Assembly: GCF_002113885.1 (NCBI RefSeq)
Contig: NW_018406394.1
Location: 112,073 to 176,072, forward strand
Length of the DNA: 64,000 nt
Reading direction: 5' to 3'
From: Mizuhopecten yessoensis
Lineage: Eukaryota
The notes under the pieces were generated by a model. That model did no database searches. It was not told the DNA's origin and saw nothing but the letters and a program-made list of their open reading frames with translations. Below are positions 40,166-52,009 of the stretch, one piece after another (position 1 is the first letter of the stretch; each line of letters opens with the position of its first letter). The translations under genes and the position numbers were made by a program.

Positions 40166-40799
40166 CCCGACCCCTGCAGGTGGGGGATCGGGAAAAGATT
40201 ACACCTGCTGTTACCCACTGCATGAATCGTAGGAGGCGACTAATGAAGGGAATCCCCTGCAGAATTGGAGATTTGCTTTGGTGTCCTCAATTTGGGGACA
40301 CAAAGGCGACCAAAATAAATCTGCTGCACCCATTGCAATATTTGGGACCTTTATCTTTCTTTCTACTTCTAGCTATCTTTTATTCTCTAGTACCTTGCTT
40401 GGCAACACCTCACTTTTGGCCTTAATGTTGAACGTTCGCCAAGGTGAGGAAAGCAATGGGTTCTTTCCCCAGGCCGGAACATACCTAAGTCCTTAAAAAT
40501 GGTAGTTGTTATTCCCTGCTTAACGTTCAGCATTTAGGGGAATGGCAACAACTGGTTCACCCGTTGTCAGTATAATGTGAATGGGCGGAATGCTGTGCTG
40601 GGTGCCTTCGGCTTGGTATTTCAGTGAGAAAAACCTTTTAAGTCGGCATCAGATCCGCGCTATCACAAGGAGGCAAGCACACAGACATACCTTGTCTCCT
40701 ACATACACACATGCAAGTACGCATACACTTCACACATGGAGGCACGTCCTTAAATGACCTAAGCTGTTAATAGGACGTTAAAAAAAAAAAAAAAAAACA
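40166..40799 (+). mobile_element. Composite non-autonomous retroelement: structured RTE-like leader, decayed tRNA head, Meta-domain-like core, hairpin tail and poly(A), with 10-bp TSD
   Basis: TSD AGTCTACACT at 40156-40165 and 40800-40809; TCGTAGGAGGCGACTAA at 40227; degenerate A/B boxes ~40417-40470; AAAAATGGTAGTTG..TTCCCTGCTT..CGTTCAGCATT and GTCAGTATAATGTGA; tail CACGTCCTTAAATGACC.AGCTGTTAATAGGACGT(A)n. Confidence 0.8.
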
Positions 40800-43700
40800 A
40801 GTCTACACTTCCCCACAGTCTGCTACCTCCTTTCCACTCTAAAAACCCCTCCAAGTCAATAACCGACCTAAAAATCTACTAACCCCTCACAGTATATCAC
40901 CCTCTCAGTCTACTTCCCTCTTTTTACTCCGGCTACAAGCCCCTCCAGCTCCGCTCGTCCCCATCCTACCAGGCCCTTCCACACTACTGTACCAGACTTT
41001 GTACAACACCCTCTCAGTCCAGCAACCCCCTCTCAGTCAACCCCTTTCTTCATTACTTAGGTCACAAAATATAATTTCCTCTAATTCCATTTTCCCATTC
41101 AGTGTACGGTAACAATAAGAAGCTAGAATGGCCCCTGTCTCGAGAATATTGAATTATTTAGAAGAAAAAAATACTGTAATAGTTTTTGATCACTTGGATG
41201 TCTGATTAGGGGGAGATGCAAAGTAAGGTACATGTAGCTGTGAAATGCAGCTGAGAAATTCTTTATAAAAACTAAGGGTTGGTACATATAGCCAGTCTAA
41301 TGGAAGCTCGCACAGCTTACACAGTGTATACAGACAATGACAATCCGCAGCCATCCGTCAATACCGGTCCATGCATTAATTTACGATGAAAAACTCAATG
41401 TTATCCATAATTGTCTCGTTACTAATGTCATCAGATTACCTCGTATAGACAGACAGACTAAAACGTTCTACACGTAGAGCGTCCCTACACAATTGTGATT
41501 TATTTTCCCTAAGGAAATGTATGTCTACTGGTATTTTTTGTTAGAAAGCGCATGTCTATTTTTGGAATAGAAAAACGTATGGTTTTCAGGGTTCATAGTG
41601 ATACTAACGTGTACAGTTTGAGATGTTATAACAGATATTTTATATTGTGTATATAAGACTTTATGGTAAATGAGAATGCCGACTGAAAATTGCGAACTCC
41701 ACGAAGAGAATATTGAATTTGTAAATCGAAGGCATTCACATTAACTATACGTACTTTATTTTGTATTACATATTTTACTGGTACATGTACAATGACTGGA
41801 CAAATTACATACTTCAGTTATTTTTATGCAATGTTACGTTTCTTTTACTTTTTAAACGAATTTCGAATAAGTAGACATCAAAACAGTTTAAATAAAAGAT
41901 AAATCCATTGCAAGAAAAATATGAAAAACAACTATAAAAAATCGATATCTTGGTATTAGTTGCTGTACAATAAAAAGATGTTTAATGGGATATGGGAGAA
42001 TGATTCTACAATAACCACCAGTTTATATCAATCCATAGGCTGCATACTGTTTACCCTTATTTCTAATAAACCAGCATAATTAAACGAATTCCTGTCAGTA
42101 ACCGCGCCAATGGTTCAGGAACCAATCAAAACGGTGACCAAGTTAAATAAGGCTCATAAACCGACCTAGTCACGGACTGAAAAATCGACCGACTGTTTGT
42201 ATGTTTGTTCGAGTGGTTTTACGTCCATCGACCGATCAGTCACTAGGTTTATATATAGTAATTACAGGACTACTAAATAGCAGTATAAACTGTTAGTAAC
42301 CTTCCATCAACTCTACTGCTTAACCAGATTACGTGTGTTTAGTATATATGTTTCCTTTCAGTAACAATAGCTGTGTAGATGGGCTTTAAGTATAACCATG
42401 GTAAATGTGTATCGACTTCTGTCTTGAAGTTGTTCGTGATCCATAATCTTTGTATTGTATTTTTAACCAATCCTTGTTTACTAAGGTCAGCAAAAATACC
42501 ATTGTACAATTACAGCATAACGATGCGCTGTCGTTGGAAACGGAATTCCTGGTCCTTTATTTCATTTGTACAGTTCCTCATGCGACATGCCTAGACAAAA
42601 AGCAATAAAACATGACTTTTCAATGATAATTTTGTACGACAGGCATATGTACGGGAACAAACAAAAACGCCATTGCTCATAACAGAATGGTAATTTCCAT
42701 GCAAATACGGTGTATGTAATATCTGTTACAAGTCCGAGGACATGTATTTTTATATCTGTACAATTTTAACCGAGAAGTTCAAACAAAGGACAACTATCAG
42801 TAGGAAACAAAATTCTTTATATAGAGTTGTCATTTTGATTAAATTGCATGTGTCGTCATGGCGTTTCTAACGTGTCTTACGAACGTTTTCTGTTTTTTGA
42901 ATGGTTATACTCGAAATCTGAGTGATATTTCCATTAATTGGTTAGTGTTTCTGGTTTTGCGCAATATGTATTACAAGTATACAGTTAAGCAACAGAGATC
43001 AATAGCATACTGAACAAAGCGAGATAACTCTTACGAGTTTATATAACTATCTAAACACCACAGTACAACTACCAATGCATTTTGTTTTGAGTACAGATGA
43101 GGATTTCATAATATGTTTTTTTTAAATTGATCCACTAGACGGTTTTCCCACAATGCAATGAATTTTTCGAGAAAATGGTTTAATTTCTACAGGTGTTGTA
43201 TAATCTATTACACAGAATAGCTACAGTCGGAACATTTGGGTGGATGAAACTTTTCATTATTTTGTCAAACACAGCTGTTAATATTGGCTTCGTTATACTC
43301 TAATAATTTTATGTCAATCCATGTTGTTTCTGCTGGAGTAAGTAAAAATAATATCAAATAGGTTGACTTAAACGGTACATTTTTGAACTGCTATGTTCAA
43401 ACACAGAATTATTGAAGTCCGTGGTCATAATAGTAACCATCACTTTTGTATTTTATAACTGAAGTTTTTCCTACAACAGTGCCTTGATTAAATTGGAAGT
43501 TATATCACCGCATCATTCCTTTAGTAGAGGTATATTTCCGCCTTTATACACTGTATGACAAATCCGTATAATGTGATACACTGTTTACATGGAAAAGTGT
43601 GTAAGGCATGTCTATGTAAGCGTTTCTAAAACCTTGCTGACTTTGGTTAGAAATATCTTACCTATGTCTATACAATCCCGTTACAATGTTTTTAGAATCA

Positions 43701-44098
43701 AATGAAACTACAAAGAATATTAGATATTATACAATATGTAACTTTCGTTACCTGATAACTTTATTTAGTATATTATATTTTATAACATTTCAGCCCCTTT
43801 GAATTATTTTATTCATTTCGGCAAAATAACAAATAACAGATTAACTTTCCTCACAATATTAAGCATTATAACACTTTTTCATACAAAAACCACTGTCAAG
43901 TCACTTTGAGAATACCTGTATGCCTTATACGGAGTACAATAATTGTAGCAGAAATTTGAATTATAATTCTGTCCAAACGCATGTTTTCCTATGCCAGTTC
44001 GTAGACTTCATACTGTATACCCGAACTTAAAAACGAAATTCAAATATATATAAATATAAAACCAACTTGTGCCTTTTGTGACATACCTCGTCAATAGC

Positions 44099-44825
44099 AA
44101 CAAGAATTACGCATAATTATATGTGTCGCCTGTCCCTCTTTGTCAATATAATAAGCATTTGACATAGTTCATAAGGAAGCGGACCTAAACGCAAAATCAT
44201 AACATTGATTTTTTTTAAAGTCCATAAATTTCATGTTTTTATCCTAAAAAGTGCAGTAATCCATGAAATGTTTTTAAAGTAGTAGGCTCTACTACCCATG
44301 ATACATGTATGATTCAGGTTTGGTTGGTCTAGCTCTTATACTTTGTCAGAAAGAGCCTAATATGCAAGAGCTAAACGCAAAACCTTAACGTTGTGTTTTT
44401 TTCTAAGTCCAGAAATTTGAGGTTTTTAGCGAAAAAATACAGAAATCGTTGAATGCTAGTAAAGAGTGTAATGCATTCAGCTATACATCCCATGATACAC
44501 CTATGACCCAAGTTTGGTTGCTCTAGCATTTATACTTTGTCAGAAACAGTCTAATATGTAAGAGCTAAACGCAAAACCTTAACGTTGAGTTTTTTTCCAA
44601 GTCCAGAAATTTGAGGTTTTTGCCAAAAAAAATGCAGATATCAATGAAACGTTTTTAGTGCAGTAGGCTCCACTACCCATGCTACATCTATGATCAGGTT
44701 TAGTTGGTGTAGCTTTGTCAGAAACAGAGCTAAGGCAAAACCTTAACATTGTTGACGCCACCGTCACCGTCGGAAAAGCAGCGCCTATATGTCTTTCCGA
44801 CATCCGTCGTAGGCGACACAATACA
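44099..44825. mobile_element. Helentron-associated non-autonomous element (HINE-like) with internal ~165-193-bp tandem units
   Basis: Starts AACAAG; subterminal inverted repeat TGTGTCGCCT (44122) / AGGCGACACA (44811); GAGCTAAACGCAAAACCTTAACGTTG-like motif at ~44180, 44369, 44562 and 44727. Confidence 0.7.
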
Positions 44826-45460
44826 AACGACTTTTCAATGACGGTATTTTAGCAGGTATATTTCCACTAAAAAGAAAAAAATTGGCAAAACTTTCACAGA
44901 ATGGCGACGTCTGTAAAAGTCAAAATTATTTATAAGCAATATTTTCATCCCTAAACTGCCTTAGCTTGCATACTTTATAAGGATTGGCAGGTCCCTATAC
45001 ACATCTGTACAAAAAATCGTTTTATCAAACTGAGAAGTGCAAGCAAAGCAATGCTCCCTAAATGTCGAATTTGTATCTGATATGACCTTGGCGTTACAAT
45101 ACAGTCAGAGAAGAAATTGAATAATAGAACAACTTTTCCATACATGTAGGTAAGAATATGTACACAATGGGAGTTCTTGACACCATCGATCACATTGAGT
45201 CGACACTTTGTGATACCAGATGGTACATGTACTGGGCTTGATGTTGGCTACTGGTATCCTGATGATTCTAATATAAACGTTACCAATGTCCTCTTTCCTT
45301 GCTCCAATCCAAACTTTACCAATGGTTTTTCACAAGCCTTCCAATCCAATTGTGACACTTGTCTTCTAAGCTCAATATTGCTCATATTTAAAGACATTAG
45401 AAATCAACAAGGTTAGGAAAGAAAAAAAAAGTTGTCAAAATATAATATGTGCAAACATAT

Positions 45461-45466
45461 TTTATT
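45461..45466 (-). terminator. Candidate poly(A) signal (AATAAA) of the saposin-like gene
   Basis: TTTATT on +, ~1.55 kb downstream of the stop, followed on the minus strand by a U-rich tract. Confidence 0.45.
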
Positions 45467-46168
45467 GCAAACAATAAAAAATTATAATATTCTCACATGA
45501 TAACACACAATAGTACAGATATCTGTCTGTAGATTTAACAGCATGTTCACCTACAACTTGTAGAGATTAAAGATTGTATCACAATTAAGGTATATATTAG
45601 TATAAAAATAGAAAAAGATTTAATCAATATAAAAATGATCTCATTATTGTAATCACACAAAACATCACATACATTCTTAAATACAATGTACTCTGTTTTG
45701 TTTGATGCTGAAGAATAAAAAATCAACAAAACATTATTTTAAACTTTGATTATGACAAGAATTTGATTAAATTCTCAAAGATTAAATTTCAAAATTCACA
45801 TACTGTGATTATATGAAAATGAGTATTACAACAGAACGTTTTCTCCTACTATCAACATTTACCAGACAAAGATTGCACACAGTACCAGGATTTCATTTGT
45901 TATGACGTTTTAAAATTTCAGACAGGGTCCTATCTATAGTAACAAAATGGCAGATAAAAGCTGCGTAATAGTAAGTATAACTGGAATGTTCATTGTATAC
46001 AACATCAATGCACTTCAAATTCTCATCAATTTGAGAAGGAAAGGTGACTGTGAGATTAAATAGTTCAATTAAAAAGGTACAAGTATTTTGTAATAAAATT
46101 AAATTACAATAGAAAAAAATAAACACATAGTAATTTTATAAATTCTCAGTAATAAATCTTCATAATGT

Positions 46169-46258
46169 TTAACCCTTTCACCCCGAGGTTACTTTAGTAG
46201 ACTCTACCATACATTTATCGGGATGATTCCACATGGTCCACAGTGGTTAAAGGGTTAA
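46169..46258. mobile_element. Short TTAA-flanked MITE (piggyBac-like ends)
   Basis: TTAACCCTTT ... AAAGGGTTAA terminal inverted repeats. Confidence 0.6.
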
Positions 46259-46720
46259 AGCGTTTTTTTCTAGAGATGATGTGTTTGTTTTATTTTTAAA
46301 ACAACTACTGCATACCTCACATCTATTTTAGTGCTGTAGAAACATTCAAAAGACATTCAAACTTAATTCGTTGCAGTAATTCCCTTCAATTGGGATCTAA
46401 ATTTCTTCTTTGCATGTCTATGGTATGTTCAAGGTAAAACAGATAAAAACTATATGCACTCAATGGTTTTGTCTCGTTGATATGTAAAGGAGATATATTT
46501 GTATATGTACAACATTAACGACACAAGTCTACTATATATATATAGCTAGTTGCCTCCCTTTGAACCATTCTCCTCCACATTATGCCAAAGAAAACATTAT
46601 GCATTTATGTGACGTAAATAGTTGTTTTTTGCATAATATTTTTTTATGCAATATCACTTGTGAACTGGGACATTGACTGTTTAGTATACATGACTGATGT
46701 ACACCTGTGCAGGCTATATA

Positions 46721-46920
46721 CAGTGTTCTCCCCAGGCTGTTTTTGCAACATGGCACCATGCTACCATAATTTCTTGCCATGCTGCTATCCTAGATCTTCT
46801 CTGCTATATATTCATAGTAAATCTAAAGTTACCATGCTGCTTTGATTTTACATAGAGTGCTGCTTTAACAAAAATATAGAAATACCATGCTTCTTTCAAA
46901 ACATTCTGGGGAGAACACTG
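46721..46920. mobile_element. 200-bp MITE with 15-bp perfect TIRs (CAG...CTG, hAT-like)
   Basis: CAGTGTTCTCCCCAG ... CTGGGGAGAACACTG; internal CCATGCTGCT repeats. Confidence 0.8.
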
Positions 46921-47014
46921 AGTCTATACACTATACAACATGAAATGTGAGCTTTATATGGTTACTTAACATCAAGTCTACAACTACATTATTATTGCAT
47001 ATTGATGAGAGCTT

Positions 47015-47131
47015 CTAAAGTTCGTCTCTCTTTGGTGAATCAAACTCCCGGACAGGCTTCACCATCTTCACATTGTCCCCAAAGTGGATGTCAAAGTCAT
47101 CAGTGTCATCATTGTAGATAACCTTTCCCTT
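47015..47131 (-). CDS. Saposin-B-type ER protein, exon 5 (KGKVIYNDD...SPKRDEL*)
   Basis: Acceptor TTACAG, phase 0, 117 nt, ends RDEL-TAG. Confidence 0.9.
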   Translation of the reverse strand, partial: KGKVIYNDDTDDFDIHFGDNVKMVKPVREFDSPKRDEL

Positions 47132-47511
47132 CTGTAACACATAGCAATACATACATATACATGTAGGTCTTCAGCAACAGGTAAGAATCTTGCAGTAGAA
47201 GAAATAGTAATGCTGTATAACTGCTTTTTGTTTTCTATCGAAGAATTTTGTCACTTGGCCATTAACCTTTATCCCTTTGGCGCCTCTAGGGTCCGGAGTG
47301 ACTTAAACTTTAATTTAATATTTTATATCTATATTATATGACTGAAAACATGAAATTACTCAGTATCAATTGTTTCGTCTGTGAACCATTCACATTGACA
47401 TGAATAGCCATCAACTAGAAGCAGACGAGAGGAAAATTTAGACAATATGGTGGTACTACCCTCCTAGTGTTATAGTTGAATAGAAGCTATGTATATCATT
47501 CTTTGTCATGT

Positions 47512-47642
47512 CAGTGGCAGAGCCAGAGACCTATCTGGGGGTATTTCCAAATTTCCAGGTGGGGGATGTTTCCATGCGGTGAAAAATTGAGGAAAATGGT
47601 GGAAATACATGACTTTTAAAAAAAACTCTGGATCTGCCACTG
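47512..47642. mobile_element. Intronic hAT-like MITE
   Basis: CAGTGGCAGAGCCAGAG ... CTCTGGATCTGCCACTG TIRs. Confidence 0.7.
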
Positions 47643-47899
47643 CATGTATTTGGTGTAATGAACTGTAACGATCTTATGTTTGTGCCCTACAAAGGACATA
47701 TTTTCTAGACAAAGAAACAAATTACAGTTTATTTTGCCAACATTGTCGGTTATTTTACTCCTTTGAATACATGTACAAACTATATACAGTGTAGAAAAGT
47801 AATTTTGATAGCTGGGACACCCTGACAAAAATGTATATATAAAAACGTAACTCTGATAGGACACCCTGACAAATGATTTGTGTGACGTTAAATACTCAC

Positions 47900-48054
47900 T
47901 TTAGGATCCTCCTCCCCTTCTTCCTCTCCTCCTCCACAGGCAAATGTCTCCTTGTTACAAACTATGTGAGCGATATGCAGGTAGGAATGTCCCTTACGAC
48001 TCTTTTTACTATAGTAATCCCTTAACAGTGGTACCAGGTCATCCTGGTGGTTTT
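47900..48054 (-). CDS. Saposin-B-type ER protein, exon 4 (QNHQDDLVPLL...VCNKETFAC...EDPK)
   Basis: Acceptor TTTTATAG, donor GTGAGT, 155 nt, phase 1 to 0; contains the terminal C-x6-C. Confidence 0.9.
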
Positions 48055-48746
48055 CTATAAAAGATTTAGTTATGAAAAACATAGTTAAATAATATATCAT
48101 CACAGCTGTGCACACTCAGAATAGAAAATCCTTGTATCATTAATAGTACACATGTATCTTTAAATGAATTATTAGTCTGCACCTGGGATCACAGATTTTT
48201 AACATCTGTATATTTTATGTACATACATGTTTATGTATGAGAAATGTTTTAATCGTAATTGCTTTATAATTGCTTTTTAAATAAAAAAAACATTATTAAT
48301 ATTTTTTTATTACAATGCATGAACATAATATAATAACACAGATAATAAAACAATTGACAATAATAGATTACTTGATTACATTACTATTTATTTATAATTA
48401 TAATTTAATACCCTAAATTTTTTTAATTGACTACTCTATTTATTATTCCCTGATATTGTACAATGTGTACATGTTTGAAATTATTGTAAAAGAACACTTT
48501 TTATTTATTTCATTCTGCAATATGCAACAAAAAACAACATAAAGTACAACTATGAAAAATTATTTTCAATGACATAGCTAGTTATTTAAAAATATTTGGC
48601 AAACTGAACAATGTAAACACATACATATGTAGATAGCAAACACCTGGAAGGGAGCAGTGGCAGTGTTCTTCTGGACAACTCTTATATTATACAGGAGAAA
48701 TATAGCCTGAAACTAAAGTGTCTCGTACAAACTTGTAAGTACTTAC

Positions 48747-48893
48747 GCACTAAGTGTTCACAAGCTTTGACAAGCTTTTTAACGCTGTACTCGTAACTTA
48801 GAAAGCGTTCCTCATCACACACCTGTCCCAGCAAGTCACTAACTCTCTTCTCCATTTTCTCTGAGGTATGATACTGTAATGCCCTTCCTAGTT
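48747..48893 (-). CDS. Saposin-B-type ER protein, exon 3 (ELGRALQ...QVCDEERF...KACEHLV)
   Basis: Acceptor TTACAG, donor GTAAGT, 147 nt, phase 1 to 1, no stops. Confidence 0.9.
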
Positions 48894-49141
48894 CTGTAAG
48901 TACCAGATAAATTACATAAAACAGTGACTTCTACAGAGCCCTCGTGGACTATCTTTTTACACAGAGACTAAACCTACAATTTCAATACTGCACTATAATG
49001 TTACATTTTACTTAGACATTATCAAACTCATCAAATTATTTCCTAACAATATTTCAAGAACTTACTACTGTATCAGAAAGTCAGAATCATTTGATTTGGA
49101 TGACAATTTGTTTTATAAACAGCTCAGATGATACCAGTGAT

Positions 49142-49600
49142 AACAAGAGTACCGCGGGGCGGAACAATATACGCCCGTCGAATGCCATATAGTGCTATAT
49201 ACTTTCTTACATTGAAATAAGATCTGCATCATTCAAAGAGTGGTTTACTGATAAAAATGTAGGAGAAAATCTCCGGATAAAAAAATCAAATACTGAAATG
49301 AACAAAGGGCAATAACTTTTGCAAAAATCGTCATATCAAAATTCTTTTCAAGGAAACACAACAACATATCTTTGGTGGGGGGAAATTATAAATGTCCCAA
49401 TCTCAGAAAAGGGAAGAAAAGAGAAATTCTAAATATTGTTTGGATGTCAGAAAGTAGTATACATGTAGAACTGACATGACAATTCTAATTTATAAGTTCT
49501 ATATAAGGGCAAAAATCTATCTTTTTCTGAGTTTAAAATTTTGGGCAACACCCAAAATTAATTCTTGGGTCCCCCCCTGCACTCTCTAATATAAACCATA
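49142..49600. mobile_element. Probable HINE-like element fragment in intron 2
   Basis: Begins AACAAGAG followed by a GC hairpin (GGGCG..CGCCC) and an internal AAAGGGCAATAACT motif; right boundary uncertain. Confidence 0.4.
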
Positions 49601-49993
49601 TATAATCATTTGTTAAAATAAAATTTGGTATCTACCTACCTTCATGTTACAGGAAACACATTTTTTTTTTTGTCTGGCCTTATAGTTAAATCTGTATAAA
49701 ACTCATTCAATCCCAGTCTGGTCACAACCAACCTGAATGTGATCTTATAATTACAATAATACATGAAACTGTTTTATACTGGACAACAAGTAACTATTTA
49801 TTTGTAATGTATACAGTAAGTTAAAGGTAAGATCAGGAGAGCTATAATAGTTCTATAATACCGATTATTTTCTATGTTGGCTACAAATAATACATGTCAG
49901 AACTTGAAGCCTGACACACTATAGGGGTGTTACATGTTTGGTGATGTGGTCATTGTAAAGACCATTTTTAATGTTTGACCATTTTCAATTTAC

Positions 49994-50029
49994 CTTTTAC
50001 AGTGGCTTTGCAACCAGCACAGTACATTT
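49994..50029 (-). CDS. Saposin-B-type ER protein, exon 2 (36-nt exon, EMYCAGCKATVK)
   Basis: Polypyrimidine acceptor TTCTCTTTCAG, donor AAG|GTAAAT, phase 1 to 1; carries CxxC. Confidence 0.85.
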
Positions 50030-51372
50030 CTGAAAGAGAAAGAAAATATAATAGACATAATGTGTATATATGCATTAAGTAATGCAGAGTTTAAAAAAAC
50101 ACACAGACAAGACAGTTTAGTAAGATACAAAAATTATACTCAGAGACATCATTTTTTTGTCATGTTTTTCACATTTTCACATTTACCATATATAGCCTTA
50201 TAAGTATACAGACCTATATTATCAAATATATGCGCTTCCATTGATTTTCTTGTCGTTAAATTTATACATTTTTTCACTTTTTGTTGAATACTATGATAAA
50301 TACACCAGTCAGAAACTAAGTACCAGTGCCATGCACCGTGTCTCACCACACAAACACATATATAGGATGTGTTTATACTTTGCCTATTAGCATACAACTG
50401 TGGTAGTATTAAAAGTATATCATAATATAGGTTTGTGTGTCTTTGCATGTGGCACATGTTGTGTACCCATATATATATGCACACACATCATGTGAATTTG
50501 GTTTTGAAGTTTCCCAAGTATTTCAAGGCAGATAACGTCTCATATGAAAGTCTAAGGCCCTACCAGAGGTAAGAGCATAAAGGGGGTTGTTTCGCCCCAA
50601 ATCCTTGTTTCGCGCTAGGTTGTTTCGCCATAAAACAAAATATTTAGGGCAAAACATTGTTTGGTATTTTCTTTAAATTTTAGTAGTTTTAAGTCACAAA
50701 ACTTCTTAGTTTTCAGTTAAAATCAATTTTATAAAAAGAAATGTTTGTGATGTGTTTAAGCGCACTGACACACAGTTGCATATTTTTCACCAATGTAGAA
50801 AGTTATCAATAAGTTTAGTTGATATATTTAAATACTTATTATTATATTAGCGTATAAATTAAAATAATGATAAGAGCGAAACAAACCGTTACCATAAAGG
50901 GAGTGTGAATTTGCTCTCACAAATAAATTTTCAGAATGCCAATAGTGTGTACAAACATATCAGTGTAAATCATAATCCCCATCACCGCCGAGGTCTGGCA
51001 TTTTAATATTCGAATTAAGAAATATGTGAAAACGTAGTGTAAGTTTAGCTTTAAAGCTGAATGTCAGCATTTGAGTATTTAGTTAATTCTGACCTGCAAC
51101 CATTCTGTCGAATGTAATTGAACTAAGTTACATGTAATTATATGGAATCAAAAAAGATAGGCAGACGTGCCCATACACTGTATCTGTATTTTATCGTTGC
51201 TTTATATTATCTGTTTATTATATAAAGTGATGACATCTAGAAAAGAGAAATAAAATAAGAGAAAATACATTTTGACAATGATATCCATTAGGTGCTTTCG
51301 ACAATGAAGTGTAGTACATGCGTAGCGGTTGTTTACATTTTTCCATGATCAGCTGATCATACAGTACCGTAC

Positions 51373-51460
51373 CTTCAGATAAATCCTCAGGCAACGGATC
51401 GTGTGCCTTTGCAAAGCATACAGCTACGAATATCACCAGAATCTTGTACATATTCTCCAT
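51373..51460 (-). CDS. Saposin-B-type ER protein, exon 1 (signal peptide MENMYKILVIFVAVCFAKA-HDPLPEDLSE)
   Basis: ATG at 51460, hydrophobic core with an AKA cleavage motif, donor GAAG|GTACGG; 88 nt (phase 1), joins exon 2 in frame. Confidence 0.85.
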
Positions 51461-51544
51461 GCTAACGCTGACTTATCTGCTTGTAATCTGTGGTGATGAA
51501 GAAATACTTTTAACACAAGGCAATGCTAGCTACTGTAACCAGTC

Positions 51545-51650
51545 CAGGAGAGACACGTAGCGTCAAGTTACCGGAAGTGTTGTTATACAAATTGTCATTT
51601 TCGGCGTCCGAGTCAGAAAGATGTTTTGTCTAATATTGGCGGGAAATACA
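51545..51650 (-). promoter_or_regulatory. Proximal promoter region of the saposin-like gene
   Basis: CpG-containing stretch ~90-190 bp upstream of the ATG with ETS-type CCGGAAGTG (51571), E2F-type TTGGCGGGAAA (~51636) and a CGTCA half-site. Confidence 0.5.
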
Positions 51651-52009
51651 AAACGTACAGCTTAGATTCGGGTAATGAATAACCTAAGGGGTATAATCAT
51701 GATAATACAATACTTTCCTATTGCTCAAACCTGATTCGCTAATATTTTTCATTTTTTTTAACCTTATGTTGAGTTTTTTTGGTAATGATTATCCTAAAAG
51801 GATCCTAATGCATATCATTTCGATTAAATTCAAGTTTTGAGGTTTATATTATGTTTAAGCACGGACTAAGATAGCAAGTTACCGTAACACGTGTAGTCAT
51901 TATGATACGAATTAAAGTATGGTCCATACTACATTGCAAAGGGATACCTGTATATGTCTTTTCCATTGAATTATATAATGTAGCAGCGGCTTTCAATACA
52001 AAATTGAAC

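Noticed and set aside
51218-51372. C-terminal part of the 80-aa ORF 51218-51460
   Set aside because: Read-through into intron 1; only the phase-1 donor at 51372 gives a continuous frame to RDEL.
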